The notes under the pieces are model-generated. The model saw only the letters and a program-made list of their open reading frames with translations. It had not been told where the DNA came from and did not search any database. From Craspedostauros australis (lineage: Eukaryota), in assembly GCA_030167865.1 (NCBI GenBank), contig JALAGF010001916.1, positions 1 to 64,000 on the forward strand: a stretch of 64,000 nt of DNA, read 5' to 3'. Positions 10,100 to 21,534 of the stretch are shown piece after piece. A program made the translations under genes and the position numbers. Numbering within the stretch: position 1 is the stretch's first letter; every line of letters starts with the position of its first letter.

Positions 10100-12718
10100 A
10101 TGACGATGCCAAAGCTGGCGCTGAGTGCCAATGCCTGGAGATACATCGCGGCGAGTGGAACAGCTGCATGGACCTGCGTAGCGTTGAATGACCAAGGCAC
10201 TGATGAAATCAGACGCAGCGATAATCAATCAGGGCAAAGAAATCAGCAACTGAACGCACTTGATCCGAGGCATTTGCATTCGCCCACCTGGATATCGCAT
10301 CTCAGGGAATCCTTTGCTCCAAGCCGAACGTTGATGGAAGCAATGTTGCCGTCATCATCGGCAAAAGCAGTTGCTGCATCGCCGGATACATCACATCCGG
10401 TGCAGGACGGCGGCGATTCCGAACCAGAAAGGATCCAATCGTACGACTTTGTCATCGTCGGCAACGGCAATGCTGGAAGAAGTGCGCTGCGCAAACTTAG
10501 AGAACTCTGCCCGACGGCATCCATCGCCATCATCGACCCGCTGCGATCCGTTGCAAAACGCAACAAGGCCAAGCACTATCGAGACGTAGTTTCAGGATTT
10601 GATCCCGATTCACGAACGGTCCGATTTCTCAACAACAACAACCTGCGCCTCAAATACAAGTACGGTCTGCTGGTGGCAAGCGGCACACGCGGCGCACCGC
10701 CGCCTGCCGAGCTATTCCAAGACCTCGCGTTGCAAAAGATACTCGAATTGCGAACGACCGAACTGACGGGATTATCGAAGCGCCCTGTGCTCGATCCGAG
10801 CAGCGTAAGGCAGGGGGTCCTGCAGATTGCCAACGAGGGCAAGAAGGTGGGGGTGTTGGGAAGCGGGTGGGAGGCGTTGGACCTGGCAGCCGGGGCGGCA
10901 CGTGTCGGAACGCAGAAACCAACGTTAGTGTTTGGGAGTCCAGGTCCGTCGTGGAACATCTTGCCGAACTACCTGAGCTCCGCGCTGAGGAAGAAGATAC
11001 GGAAGAAAGGGATCGAGATCCAGGATCGTGCCATCGTCCGGTACATATCGACGGTCGATCCCATCCACGCAACCGACAAGCTCGAACTGCACACGGCCAA
11101 GACTTATGATTTGTTGGAGACGCAGAGGATCGTCTTGGATGCATTGGTGCTTGCACCGGACACAAAAGGTTCGAAAGGCTCCGCCGCCATCCCGACCAAC
11201 CATGTGCCACAGCGGATGCAAAGCACATCGGTCGGCAGGCCCTGGTACAAGACATGGTCACAGGTTACGAAACGCAGCGCCATGGAGCCATCGCTCGTGG
11301 TGTGCTTCGATGATGATGGAAGGATCGCAACGACAGCGGAACTCTGTGCAACTTCGAGGGTGTACGCAGCGGGATCGGTCGCCAAATACCCCAACGCTGG
11401 CACAGGCCAAGCATCTGTGGCTGGCGAAGGTTTGCTGGACGGCTTGAAGGCTGGCATCGTTGCGGCCACCAACATGGCGCGAGACTATCACGAGCTGAAA
11501 GACGGTGTCGACGGCGATCTTAGTCACGTTCCAAGGACGCAATCCTTCGCCGCGCATTCATTGCCGGTGTGGCGTTCCGATCTGAACACGTACGTTACGG
11601 CTGGTCGTAAGCAGTATATCCCAACCGCGCTGTCCGATCTGGGTGTCCAGGCCCTCTGCGTTGGGCATTGCGATTCCGAACGTCAATGGACGCGCGCATT
11701 CTGGTGGACGAACAGCTCCGCCCAACGGCGCCTGGCTCGGTTGATCAATGAGGAGGAGGCCATCGACGGTTCGTCCAAAACCGCCAAGATGCGGAGGCGC
11801 AACACGAGACGCAGAAAGAAGCTTGGCCTTGTCACGCCCCTGTACGGCATTGGCTGTATCTTCTACCTCGATCATCGTGGGCGTATCCGTGGCATCATGC
11901 TATGGGGATTGCCATTTGCAGATCCTCAGACGCATGAAATCAAGAAGCATCTGCTGGAGCGCTTGGAGTATGTGCTGCGTACGAATGGAGAAGTATCGGC
12001 GCTGGATTCGGAAGAGAATTACCATGTCATGAACAAATTTCTCGCTCAAGAAAGCCAACGGCTCGTGAAGCTCACAGTCAAAAACGATTCCCAAGAGAAC
12101 ACCAGCGCGTCACATCGTCTTGATGGGCCCATCCAAGGCTTTTCGCGTCCCCTGTACCGATACACCGAGCCAAAGCCACCAAAGAATTCATCTCTGAATG
12201 TCTTGAAGCGAAAAGAGAATGGGCACCTTGGCATCATGGGCGAAGACTTGTACGCTCTTGATCAGATGGCAATGGAAGAAGAGGAGGAGGAGCAGCAGGG
12301 ACAGCACAACAGTCCGCGAGATGGTGACAGTTTGGCCGTGGCGCCAGCAAAGCCTCCCTCAGCTTCAAATGATGCAATGGCATCATCTTCTCGTACATCC
12401 GAAGCAGACAGTGAGACCAATGCTGCGAATGGTACGGATGACGATGGTGAATCGAACATCCCAGTCCCAACATACCCCATCAACGTCATGCCCATGAACC
12501 TGGGGCAGCAAACGAAGAATACACCGATGGCCAAAGCGAAGTCGTTGGAAGAGCTGACGCGGTTCCTGGCAATCCAGCGTGGTTGGGAGGATAACGACAA
12601 TCGTGCCAGACCGGCGAAGGAAGACCCATTGTGGTTGCGACCTGGAGATGAAAAGCGCAACATGTCTCAGCGACAAATTATGATCGATCAGATGCGGAGC
12701 ATACTATTCAACAGATAG
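10100..12718 (+). CDS. AIF-like FAD-dependent pyridine nucleotide-disulfide oxidoreductase, divergent
   Basis: YDFVIVGNGNAG (FAD Rossmann fold), LLVASG, VGVLGSGWEALDLA (NAD-binding fold), VYAAGSVA, and AIF-type C-terminal GCIFYL…IRGIMLW. Confidence 0.8.
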   Translation: MTMPKLALSANAWRYIAASGTAAWTCVALNDQGTDEIRRSDNQSGQRNQQLNALDPRHLHSPTWISHLRESFAPSRTLMEAMLPSSSAKAVAASPDTSHPVQDGGDSEPERIQSYDFVIVGNGNAGRSALRKLRELCPTASIAIIDPLRSVAKRNKAKHYRDVVSGFDPDSRTVRFLNNNNLRLKYKYGLLVASGTRGAPPPAELFQDLALQKILELRTTELTGLSKRPVLDPSSVRQGVLQIANEGKKVGVLGSGWEALDLAAGAARVGTQKPTLVFGSPGPSWNILPNYLSSALRKKIRKKGIEIQDRAIVRYISTVDPIHATDKLELHTAKTYDLLETQRIVLDALVLAPDTKGSKGSAAIPTNHVPQRMQSTSVGRPWYKTWSQVTKRSAMEPSLVVCFDDDGRIATTAELCATSRVYAAGSVAKYPNAGTGQASVAGEGLLDGLKAGIVAATNMARDYHELKDGVDGDLSHVPRTQSFAAHSLPVWRSDLNTYVTAGRKQYIPTALSDLGVQALCVGHCDSERQWTRAFWWTNSSAQRRLARLINEEEAIDGSSKTAKMRRRNTRRRKKLGLVTPLYGIGCIFYLDHRGRIRGIMLWGLPFADPQTHEIKKHLLERLEYVLRTNGEVSALDSEENYHVMNKFLAQESQRLVKLTVKNDSQENTSASHRLDGPIQGFSRPLYRYTEPKPPKNSSLNVLKRKENGHLGIMGEDLYALDQMAMEEEEEEQQGQHNSPRDGDSLAVAPAKPPSASNDAMASSSRTSEADSETNAANGTDDDGESNIPVPTYPINVMPMNLGQQTKNTPMAKAKSLEELTRFLAIQRGWEDNDNRARPAKEDPLWLRPGDEKRNMSQRQIMIDQMRSILFNR

Positions 12719-12946
12719 AAATACTCGTATGCATGGCTGAGTATACTGCTCTACATACTATTTGCTACTTAAACTGAGAAATATATGTACGCTGTACGAA
12801 TAGTAGTACTGCTGGGTGATTGGATGCCTCATTCAAGTGTGGTGTGCCACTTGAATTGCAGTTCCGAAGGAGTAGGCACACGTGCATGTGTATGCATACG
12901 CTGAGGTTTGTTGGCATGTGATGCCGTTGCATCTCTGTCTCTCTCT

Positions 12947-14888
12947 CTAGATCTCGTCCCAGACATCCTTCTGGATTCCCCACAACGTGTCTGCCGAGTT
13001 GCGGAATTGATCGATTTCAAGGTCCGTCAGCGGGAGGTCGATGAGCTTGCGCACTCCGTGAGAACCCATGACGCAAGGAATGGAGAGGAAGACATCGTCT
13101 TCGATGCCGTGCATTCCGCGCACGCAGGTGGAGACTGGCATGATGGCACGAGTATCGTCCAGGACTGCCTTTCCGATGTAGGCACCCGTCAAACCGACGG
13201 ACCAATTGGTATACCCCTTGCGTTGAATGATATCGTAGGCGCTATCAACGACCTCCGCGTGCATGGCGTCGTGCACAGGAGACGGCTTTTCGTCTGTCTT
13301 CAGAATCGGTACTCCACCGACGCGCACGGAACTCCAGACGGGGACGCTCGTATCACCATGCTCGCCCATCACGAAACCCGACACTGCCTGCCCGTCGACC
13401 TGGAGCCGCTTTGCCAGCAACGAACGAAGGCGAGAAGAGTCGAGGCACGTGCCCGAACCAAAGATTCGACCTGGTGGCACAGAGGGGCCAGCGATCTTGG
13501 AAGCGACGGCAGTCATGAGATCGCATGGGTTGGAGACGATGCAGATTGCTGCATGCGGCGAGAATGTGAGCACGTTGGGGATGATGGACTTCATGATCTC
13601 CACGTTCCGGCTGACAAGGTTCAGCCTGGATTCTCCCGGATTTTGCGCAGCCCCTGCGGTGATGATGACGAGGTGCGAGTCTTGCGAGACGGCCTGCGGC
13701 GTCAGATGGGGACGGCCGAAGCAGGTTCGTCATGAGCACGTGCATCGTCGATTTTTTTTCATCGTGAGGATGATGGCACCAACGAGGACGTTTGCGAATT
13801 GGAAAGAGATTGCAGAGGAGGGTAGCAAATGGGTGACGGCATAGGAGCATTGAGTGTTTGCTGAAGGCAATCGCGAATCATCAACAGCATCACGCAACCG
13901 ATGAACGGCACAGACCCTGTACACCGTGCGGGTAGATATGAATGCCATTGCGCATGTATGGCAAATCACAGGCATCATTCTGCAAAGGCGTGCACCATGT
14001 CGCATTGGGCAATACAGGCACCTCTCATGCGAGCACTTACATATGTGTCTGATGCCAAGACACGAACGTTCTGGTGAAAGGCGGACCCCTGCTCGAGATC
14101 CTTCGCTTCACCGTCGAGCTTTGTTGCATTTTGGTCCACCAACGCGATGGTACCCGCCGTTGTTTGATTCAACATGGCAAATGCGATTCCCCTACAGGCG
14201 CGTTATATTCATTTTTGATTCACACCATACATGCATACATACATGCGTGCGTTGCATGTATTGGTTGTGCATGTATTGAGTAGAAATATAAGGAGGCATA
14301 TGCAAGAATTCGCGGACATGAGGAAGGATGAATGAAAGAAAGCGGAAGCACCAATCCAACGACACGATGCGAAAGAGCAGCGAATTCGTCAGCACAACGA
14401 ATGCTGACGATAATCCATGATGGCAGCTTCAGTGTACAAGCAACAGGCCCGCGGAGGATCTGCCAAAGCAAGGCAGGGTGCACTTACATTCCAACTTGGC
14501 CGCATCCCACCACTGTGACTTTCTTGTGCCCCAGCGGGCCACCTTCGTTCATCGGGGTCATGGGGATGTCGGACGAGTACGGGATGGGATCCTTCGACTG
14601 GAGGAGCTGAAGGTGGATGTTCTGATGTATGGTGTCGTGATCGGGGCTTGTCGAAGTTGCTGCTGCATCGGACGTCAAATCATTTCCACGAGAATCATCG
14701 TCAGCGAGGAAGCTCGTCGAAGTGAACATCGCCTTCGCCATGGATGTTGGTATGGCCCGAGCACTGATGCTCGTGGTGGAGGCAAACAGACGCGGGACTG
14801 TTGAATTCGCAAGGGCTCGCTGTCCCGCGGCCATGGCCAGAGTCGCAGCCCTTCCTGCCAGCGCTTGATTGGAGATGATCGATGCCAT
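12947..14888 (-). CDS. LDH: L-lactate dehydrogenase, 3 exons, about 432 aa, with long N-terminal presequence
   Basis: Exons 14888-14488, 14191-14041 and 13693-12947 with GTAAGT donors and YAG acceptors join in frame. Motifs KVTVVGCGQVG, TAGAAQNPGESRLNL (Gln at the specificity site = LDH, not MDH), VSNPCD, GSGTCLDSSR, MGEHGD and KGYTNW. Confidence 0.95.
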
Positions 14889-14972
14889 TGTCGTCGCTCT
14901 TCACGTTGCTATGTATGGTATTATATGTCTGACGGTACAATCGCAGGGCCCGTTCAAGTCTGCAGGCGCTGA

Positions 14973-15004
14973 ATTTGTGGATTTGTGGATTTGTGGATTT
15001 GTGG
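14973..15004. repeat. Octamer tandem repeat (ATTTGTGG)x4
   Basis: Directly visible about 85 bp upstream of the LDH ATG. Confidence 0.85.
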
Positions 15005-15469
15005 GATGAAAGGTGGAGGCGCAGAGCAGCGTCGTATCTTGCCTCTTGGCTACGACGGTTCGGGTTTCATGCAGACTGCAGGCGTTGTGCTGTGTTGTGC
15101 GGATACCATTCTGCAGATTCGTTTCGAAATGCGCTGGTGACGTCGCTTCCTCCCAACTCGCCAACAACGGAGAAGAAGAAGAGAACATTTTCTTCGAATT
15201 CCTCGAAGATACCTGCCACAACAAACAGTCATTTGGGGTTCGCATTGATGTGTTCGACCTAATTGAATCGAGCAACAAGCACAATTATCGTGATTTACAA
15301 TATTTTACCGCAACTCCATAAAAATGAGGATCTCTCCCAACCACCAAACACAAAAATCAAATCCAAACCGCGAAGACGCAAATGTTCCACAAAACGACGA
15401 ACATCAAACAGCAGATGGCACTGCCATACCAGCACCAGTCCAAGATCAGAAGAGGACCAGGAGCCAAGG

Positions 15470-17077
15470 ATGAATGAGGGCAAGTGCATTGTCGTCTTCG
15501 ACCAGAATCTTCTGCAACGATCGCAGGAGGACCGCCTCGCAGAAAACTACATTGGCCAACGCCGATTGCGGCCAAGCAACCGCGTCGTCGGACGTGCCCT
15601 GCGGCTTCAGAACAAGCACCTGCTCGACGATGCTGGGACCACGAGTGCCGCAAGCAATGGGACAACGTCAGCACCAGCACCAACCGCTCCAATCAGAAGC
15701 TCAATAGTATTCAAGGTTGTTGGCGCTGATGGGAAGTTGCGCCGCATGACGAAGAAGGAGAAGAAGGAGGCTAAGAGAATCCACGCCGCGAAGCGAATGG
15801 CCGAGGAGGTATCATCCGACGCATCTCTTCATGGCGGCCCCAATCCACAACCTAATGCAGCCGAAGGACTTTCTCAGGCGGATCAAGACCACGGAGTTGA
15901 CTCTGCTGGAAATCCCCGCATGGCAGAAAATTCCGCGCGCGCAGGAGGCAACATGATCAACTGCGAAGGCGATGATCGTAGAACGACCGGCATCAATCCG
16001 ACTGGGCCAGGCGCACTGGCGCAACTATCCTCATCCACAACCGACGAGGCTGCGGAGAATGAACAACATGATCAGAGCATCAAGGTCAACTGGGAAGTGA
16101 TCAAGCAAGAGATATCCGAGTTGCAGGGAGTTCGTAACGGGATGCCTCCCGCCGTCCTTTCATCAGCAATGGCGAGTCAGTTCCAATTGAGCCAAATGCC
16201 TGCGGACCAAGGCGCAAAGCTTCGAAGTGCAATGGTGGCCCGTGACCATCCGTTGTCGCCCCTTCTCGAACAAGCTTCATTTGATTTGGATGTTTCCCGT
16301 CGTTGGGCGCAGAAGATACGGGAAACCATCAGGATTGCAGAAGTCGCAAGGTCCAAGGAAGATCTGAGACCGTTGGCGTACACGTTGATCCCAGAAGTTT
16401 GGTGTCGTCATCGTCCTGAATCTATTACGAGTCACCGGGTGAATCCCGACACTTCTCCTGAACGGCAAACGGAACCACAAGAGCAGCAACCCCAGCAGCA
16501 GCAATTGAACCACCAGAATGATGGCAGACAAACAGCATCATCCGAATCAGCCGAAGAGTGCAGCAATGGCGCATCGCAGCGACGGAGATGGATGAGCATG
16601 TCCATGCGCCCGACGGACACTTTGACAGCATATGATCATGACTCAAAGATCGTGTTTGAGTATCTGCACCGGAATTCCACGATGCACATTTCCTGCGGAG
16701 CCAAGTTCGGTTGCGATTACTTGCTTTACGATGGACCTAGAGACAAGCGCCATGCATTTGCTGGGCTCCGAGTTTTATCGGCGAGATCGATAAGAACCGC
16801 GGGATCTTCCGCAAGCTGTGCCGAAGATGAGCTGCCCGTCCCAACAGCGTATGACCTGACGGGGTACGTGAGATGTCTCAACACCGCTGGCAAGATCGCA
16901 CTCCTTGCCGCTGTGGTGAAGGATGAGGAGGGCGCAAAGGGTAGTAATGATCGTCGTACGTCCTCGTTCCGAGTGGCCTTGGTGGACCTAGCGTTGGAAA
17001 AGGTGTGCTCGGATTCATTTGATGGCACGAAGAAACGAAAGCGAAAGGCCACCGGACAGAAGTTGGCCAAGGGTTGA
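15470..17077 (+). CDS. tRNA-splicing endonuclease catalytic subunit (SEN2/SEN34 family)
   Basis: VFEYLH…GAKFGCDYLLYDGPRDKRHA carries the catalytic Tyr and His; VRCLNTAGK carries the catalytic Lys. First ATG at 15470. Confidence 0.85.
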   Translation: MNEGKCIVVFDQNLLQRSQEDRLAENYIGQRRLRPSNRVVGRALRLQNKHLLDDAGTTSAASNGTTSAPAPTAPIRSSIVFKVVGADGKLRRMTKKEKKEAKRIHAAKRMAEEVSSDASLHGGPNPQPNAAEGLSQADQDHGVDSAGNPRMAENSARAGGNMINCEGDDRRTTGINPTGPGALAQLSSSTTDEAAENEQHDQSIKVNWEVIKQEISELQGVRNGMPPAVLSSAMASQFQLSQMPADQGAKLRSAMVARDHPLSPLLEQASFDLDVSRRWAQKIRETIRIAEVARSKEDLRPLAYTLIPEVWCRHRPESITSHRVNPDTSPERQTEPQEQQPQQQQLNHQNDGRQTASSESAEECSNGASQRRRWMSMSMRPTDTLTAYDHDSKIVFEYLHRNSTMHISCGAKFGCDYLLYDGPRDKRHAFAGLRVLSARSIRTAGSSASCAEDELPVPTAYDLTGYVRCLNTAGKIALLAAVVKDEEGAKGSNDRRTSSFRVALVDLALEKVCSDSFDGTKKRKRKATGQKLAKG

Positions 17078-17495
17078 CGGCGCGTTCGCTCGCTGGCGGT
17101 GCGATCAACTCAGTTGAACAAAGCCGATCGAGCGGCGATCAGTTCCATGAAGACTCGGTGGTTCTTTTGTCTAATTACTTCCTTCTTCAAGTAGTGCTCA
17201 ACTTCGCCGGTTTGGATTAGCACAATTCGTACGAGCATCCTTTGCGTTCCTATGATATGATTCTCCGCCGGATCACATTGTGCGACCGGAATGCGGATTG
17301 CAATGCTTGTTCTGCAGTGTTCGAATGACAACCGTGGCCTCACTGTTACTAAAGACATGCACGGTATCCGTGAGGAACCCGTCGTTCTTCCCTTTTTGGG
17401 GCTGCCGGCGAAGTGCTGCTGCTATTGGATAAGGCAGAAGGAAACGGGATGAGGCGGAATGAAATGGCCACCCCCTACCCTGTCTTGCCTCGTCG

Positions 17496-19559
17496 TCAGC
17501 GCCTTGGCACTGTTTCGGATCGCTTGATACGCTTCTTTGGAAGTTCCTCATTCAACAACGCAATCGATGTGTCTCCACTCCTCCTCGTCGCGATATCGGC
17601 TACGGTCTCACCTTGATGATTTCTGATCTGGAGATCGATGACCACATGCTCCGATTCAATCAACGTCTCCACTATGCGTCGAAAGTTGTTCGCACTCGCC
17701 AAGTGCAATGGTGTGTTGCCATCGGCATTTTGAATCGTTGCATCTGCTCCTCCCTCGACTTCAATCAACGACTGCAACATGCCGAGATAGTATTTGTTGG
17801 CAGCATAGTGCAATGGCGTGTTGCCTTTGTTGTTCTGGATATTCGCCATTGGCTGTGCCGCAATGAATAAGCGATCCATTGGATCTCCGTTCTCGATGAT
17901 GCAATCTTGAGTTAGGTTGCGGCTGGGTACAACGTCTTTTCGGATTAGGTCGTAGATTTTGGTGAGCTTCAATTCTTGGTTGATGGGAAAGGTGCTGCTA
18001 TCCATGCGAGAGCAGTTGGCTGGGATGTTTCCATCCTTGTTTCGGATGCTGAAATCAAACAGATGGCCATACCGGCGCAGCAGGATTCTCCGAATTTCTT
18101 GCACCCTGTTTTCGTAGGCCAGATGCAGCGGTGTGTTGCCATAGTTGTTCTGTATGTTGACATTCACTTTCAGTTCGTTTGATCCAAGCAGCAGGCTTGG
18201 AATATCAGGAGCTCCGCCCATGCACGCAAGGTGCAGCGGCGTGTTGCCGTCGTTGTTTCGGATGTTCCCGTGAACACCTCGGCGGCTAGACTCGATGAGC
18301 CATTCTGCAGCCTCGGAGTTGCCCCATCGAACTGCAAGGTGAAGCGCCGTGTCACCGTCGTCGTTTTGGAGCTCAAGGTTGAGACCATCAATGTCCCTCT
18401 CCATCAAACAGTCCAGTGCAACATCTTCCTCGTCGGTTATTACAACGTGAAGCGGCGTGTTGCCACTCTCGTTTTGCATGTTCAGGCCAATGTTGCCTTC
18501 CTCTTTATCCAACTGAAGCAGATACTCCAGCAGCTCCGTATCATCCCCGCCGCATGCAATGTGGAGAGGCGTATTGCCATTCTTGTCTCCCGTGCAAATC
18601 CCAACATTCACCTTGTCCGACGCAATAAGGTACCTGACCACGTCAGTATTCATATCTGTGCAGGCAGAATGCAATGGAGCATGGCCGTTGGTATCATGGA
18701 TGCTCATGTCAAGCTTGATCTCCTTCGATTCAACGAGGTACCGGACGAAATCAACCGTTCCACTCGAGCAAGCGCAGTGGAATGGTGTCTGACCGGCCTT
18801 GTTTTGAATTCTGAAGGCATCGCCGATTGGCTTCAACGTCATCAAGTGTCTCATGATGCCGATGCAATGTTCTCGGCACGCCCAGTGAATTGGCGTGTCT
18901 CCCTCGTTGTCTTGCGCGCTGAAGTCAATCGCAGCCGGATCAAGTTCGGCAAGGTACAGTACCACGTCTTCCTTGTGGTTCGCACAAGCGCCGTGAAGTA
19001 TTGTTTGGCCGAAGTTATTCCGTCTCTTGAAGTCGGTGTCCACCTTGCCTGACTTCACCAGGATCTCGATCAGCTCTCTTGATAAATTCTGCCAGGCGAG
19101 GGAGAACGGTGTATCCCCATTCTTGTCTGGAGTGTTGAAGTCGATGTCCACTTGATCGGTTTGGAGCAGAAACTTCATCAAGTCGCCTTCCCCTCGCCAG
19201 CACACGCAGTAGAAGGGTGTTTGGCCATCTCCATCTTGCACGTTGACATCCACGTCCACGTGGGTTGACTCGATCAAGCATTGCACCACTTTCGCATATC
19301 CCTTGCAACTAGCGAGCAACAGCGGCGTCTTCCCTTGGTTGTTCTTGGCGTTCACGTCGATGATCTTGTGATGACACTCGAGTAGATACTCGGTCACATT
19401 GATCGAGCCCCTCCAACAAGCAACATGAAGCGCCGTGTCGCCTCGTTGATTTCGTGCATTGACGTGATGAGTAGATTGGTCAGATTCGATGATCGAACGT
19501 ACTGTTTCTATGTCGTCCGTTCTGCACGCGTCGTGCAAGTCTACGAGAGGATCTGACAT
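17496..19559 (-). CDS. Ankyrin-repeat protein (about 16-17 repeats)
   Basis: Repeated G-x-T-[PA]-L-H-x-A-C motifs spaced about 36-38 aa apart; single long ORF. Confidence 0.93.
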   Translation of the reverse strand: MSDPLVDLHDACRTDDIETVRSIIESDQSTHHVNARNQRGDTALHVACWRGSINVTEYLLECHHKIIDVNAKNNQGKTPLLLASCKGYAKVVQCLIESTHVDVDVNVQDGDGQTPFYCVCWRGEGDLMKFLLQTDQVDIDFNTPDKNGDTPFSLAWQNLSRELIEILVKSGKVDTDFKRRNNFGQTILHGACANHKEDVVLYLAELDPAAIDFSAQDNEGDTPIHWACREHCIGIMRHLMTLKPIGDAFRIQNKAGQTPFHCACSSGTVDFVRYLVESKEIKLDMSIHDTNGHAPLHSACTDMNTDVVRYLIASDKVNVGICTGDKNGNTPLHIACGGDDTELLEYLLQLDKEEGNIGLNMQNESGNTPLHVVITDEEDVALDCLMERDIDGLNLELQNDDGDTALHLAVRWGNSEAAEWLIESSRRGVHGNIRNNDGNTPLHLACMGGAPDIPSLLLGSNELKVNVNIQNNYGNTPLHLAYENRVQEIRRILLRRYGHLFDFSIRNKDGNIPANCSRMDSSTFPINQELKLTKIYDLIRKDVVPSRNLTQDCIIENGDPMDRLFIAAQPMANIQNNKGNTPLHYAANKYYLGMLQSLIEVEGGADATIQNADGNTPLHLASANNFRRIVETLIESEHVVIDLQIRNHQGETVADIATRRSGDTSIALLNEELPKKRIKRSETVPRR

Positions 19560-21126
19560 GGCCACTGTGCTGTTGTCAATGTTTCGCACAATGATGGATC
19601 CGATTCGGGGTCCGTGTTGGTGTTGCTGGTGTTTGCGCGGCGGAGGACTCTGTGGATGTCTCCGTTGGCGAGAGCATTGTGGTGGGGACAGAACGGAGGC
19701 TGCTTCCAGGCCACATGGTCGCGATTTTGTCGAAAAAGGGTGTTCGTGTCATTGGCGTGCTCCCGCGATCCACACGCGACGACACCAAATGAAAATCCAC
19801 GCTCTCCGCATGCGAAGATACGTTGGTGGCAATGCACAAGAAGATGCTTTCCACATTTTCCTTCATCAGGCATCAAGCATACTAGCTCGTACTTGCGTGG
19901 AGAGTACGAGTACACGTTCGGCGAGCAGTCTACTGTGAGCGAAGCGTAGCTCGTATAGTACCAGGGATTATTATTAATTCGGAATGTGTAATACCTGGGC
20001 AAGAATTTGTGGCGCGTTGTTTAGCACGCAGGACTTCTCGAAACCCGTATAAACGGGATTGCATAGTGTGTTTGATCGTGACCCATTGCAGCACTCCGAA
20101 ACGTGGCTTTGGAAGTGGTCGTATGAGTCCGATCATGAATGACGAAATATATTCACGTCTGGATCACATCACGGTTTCTGTGCTGATTCTGGCGATTGGA
20201 ACACGATGGACGACCAGAATGCCGGACCACATCTTGGATGAGCTGGAGCCCACGAAACCTCATGGAGGGTATCTGCTTGCGGGATGCCGGGAGGCGAGAG
20301 ATGAAGAGGAATGGAATTGATGGATGGATGGACGAACTACCGTACGCACATGCCATCTTTTCGCCATCAATCAGATCTGGCGGTATCTAACAAATCGCCG
20401 ACTGCAGTTAACTTCAACCAACCCGCAGCCGGTCGGAGGATGATAGACAAATGTGCAGGCAGGTGGGGCAGACATCTCCGACCGGATGAGCATTTGACGA
20501 AAAAGAGAAGGAGAGAAGATTCCAAAACGAAAGGAAAGAAACGAAGAGCAGCAAATGTAATACAACCCAATCCCTTCTGCCACCATGTCATAATTGTCTG
20601 TGTCTAAGATTCTGAACTGGTGAAAGCAGGGAGGAGAAGACCGCGAGACCATGATGGCGATACGGAAGATGTATGCTAGAGTATGGGTCATAGCTGCGTT
20701 GGTGGACGTGCCGCACAAACATGGGTTAGCCTCGTCTCTTGTGGCAATGTTGAAGAGCGTCTAAGTTCAAGGTGTGTCACAGTTCCAGGAATCGTTGTTC
20801 CGAAAACTGCATGAACTTTCCATCGATGTGTAGACTCTCCAAACCTGTGAAGGCTGTCCTGCTTCTATTTCGCACAAAGCAGAACGACGGCTCACAATTT
20901 CCCACACACCATTCCTGTGCGCGCACTCGGTCGACAGGAAGTGTTGCGTGCACAGTCGTACCAGAACGAAGGCAACGCAACAAGACGAAGCAAGACGAAA
21001 CAAAGCAAGACGCTCAGCACCAACGCTCACAAGAAAGACAAAGAGGAAGCAGCATACTATTCTACAATTCACTGTTGAGCGACCCGCGGAGTTAGAGTAA
21101 GAGTACAAGTAGAACGACACGCCAAC

Positions 21127-21534
21127 ATGGGGTTCACTGGCTTCGACATTGCCATCGGCATCTGCAAGCTCTCCTCACCACGAGTAAAGCAGACTGCCGC
21201 TCCTTCATCGACACCGCAACGCTTGCCGCTGAGTGTGGCGAATCGTGTCGCTCGCACACGAATGGCATCGCCAATACGGAGAGTCAGGGACAATGCTGAT
21301 GGAGAGGATCACGATACAGCATCCCAGCAAACCCAGTTCACCTGCACGTGCTCAATGCTGTCCCTCAGCAACGAAGGCGATCAAGCATGTCTGTGCTGTC
21401 ACCACAGAGAGCATGTCTATGATCGCCTACAAATGCAGGCACAGATGCAAACATGTTTGCAAGTGTTGCATGAACTGGAACAGGTCGGAGACGATATGCT
21501 CCAGTTATACGATGGCAAACATTTGTTGCTGTGA
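21127..21534 (+). CDS. Hypothetical small protein or first exon of a spliced gene
   Basis: ATG in a CAAC context after an AC-rich leader; 135-aa ORF with a Cys cluster; GTGAGT donor overlaps the stop. No downstream exon resolved. Confidence 0.3.
   Translation: MGFTGFDIAIGICKLSSPRVKQTAAPSSTPQRLPLSVANRVARTRMASPIRRVRDNADGEDHDTASQQTQFTCTCSMLSLSNEGDQACLCCHHREHVYDRLQMQAQMQTCLQVLHELEQVGDDMLQLYDGKHLLL

Noticed and set aside
17110-17495. Short minus-strand ORFs downstream of the ankyrin gene
   Set aside because: No motif and no convincing splice link; likely shared 3'UTR space between convergent genes.
19961-19998. Imperfect inverted repeat CCAGGGATTA…TAATACCTGG
   Set aside because: Short with a mismatch, no target-site duplication and no second copy seen.
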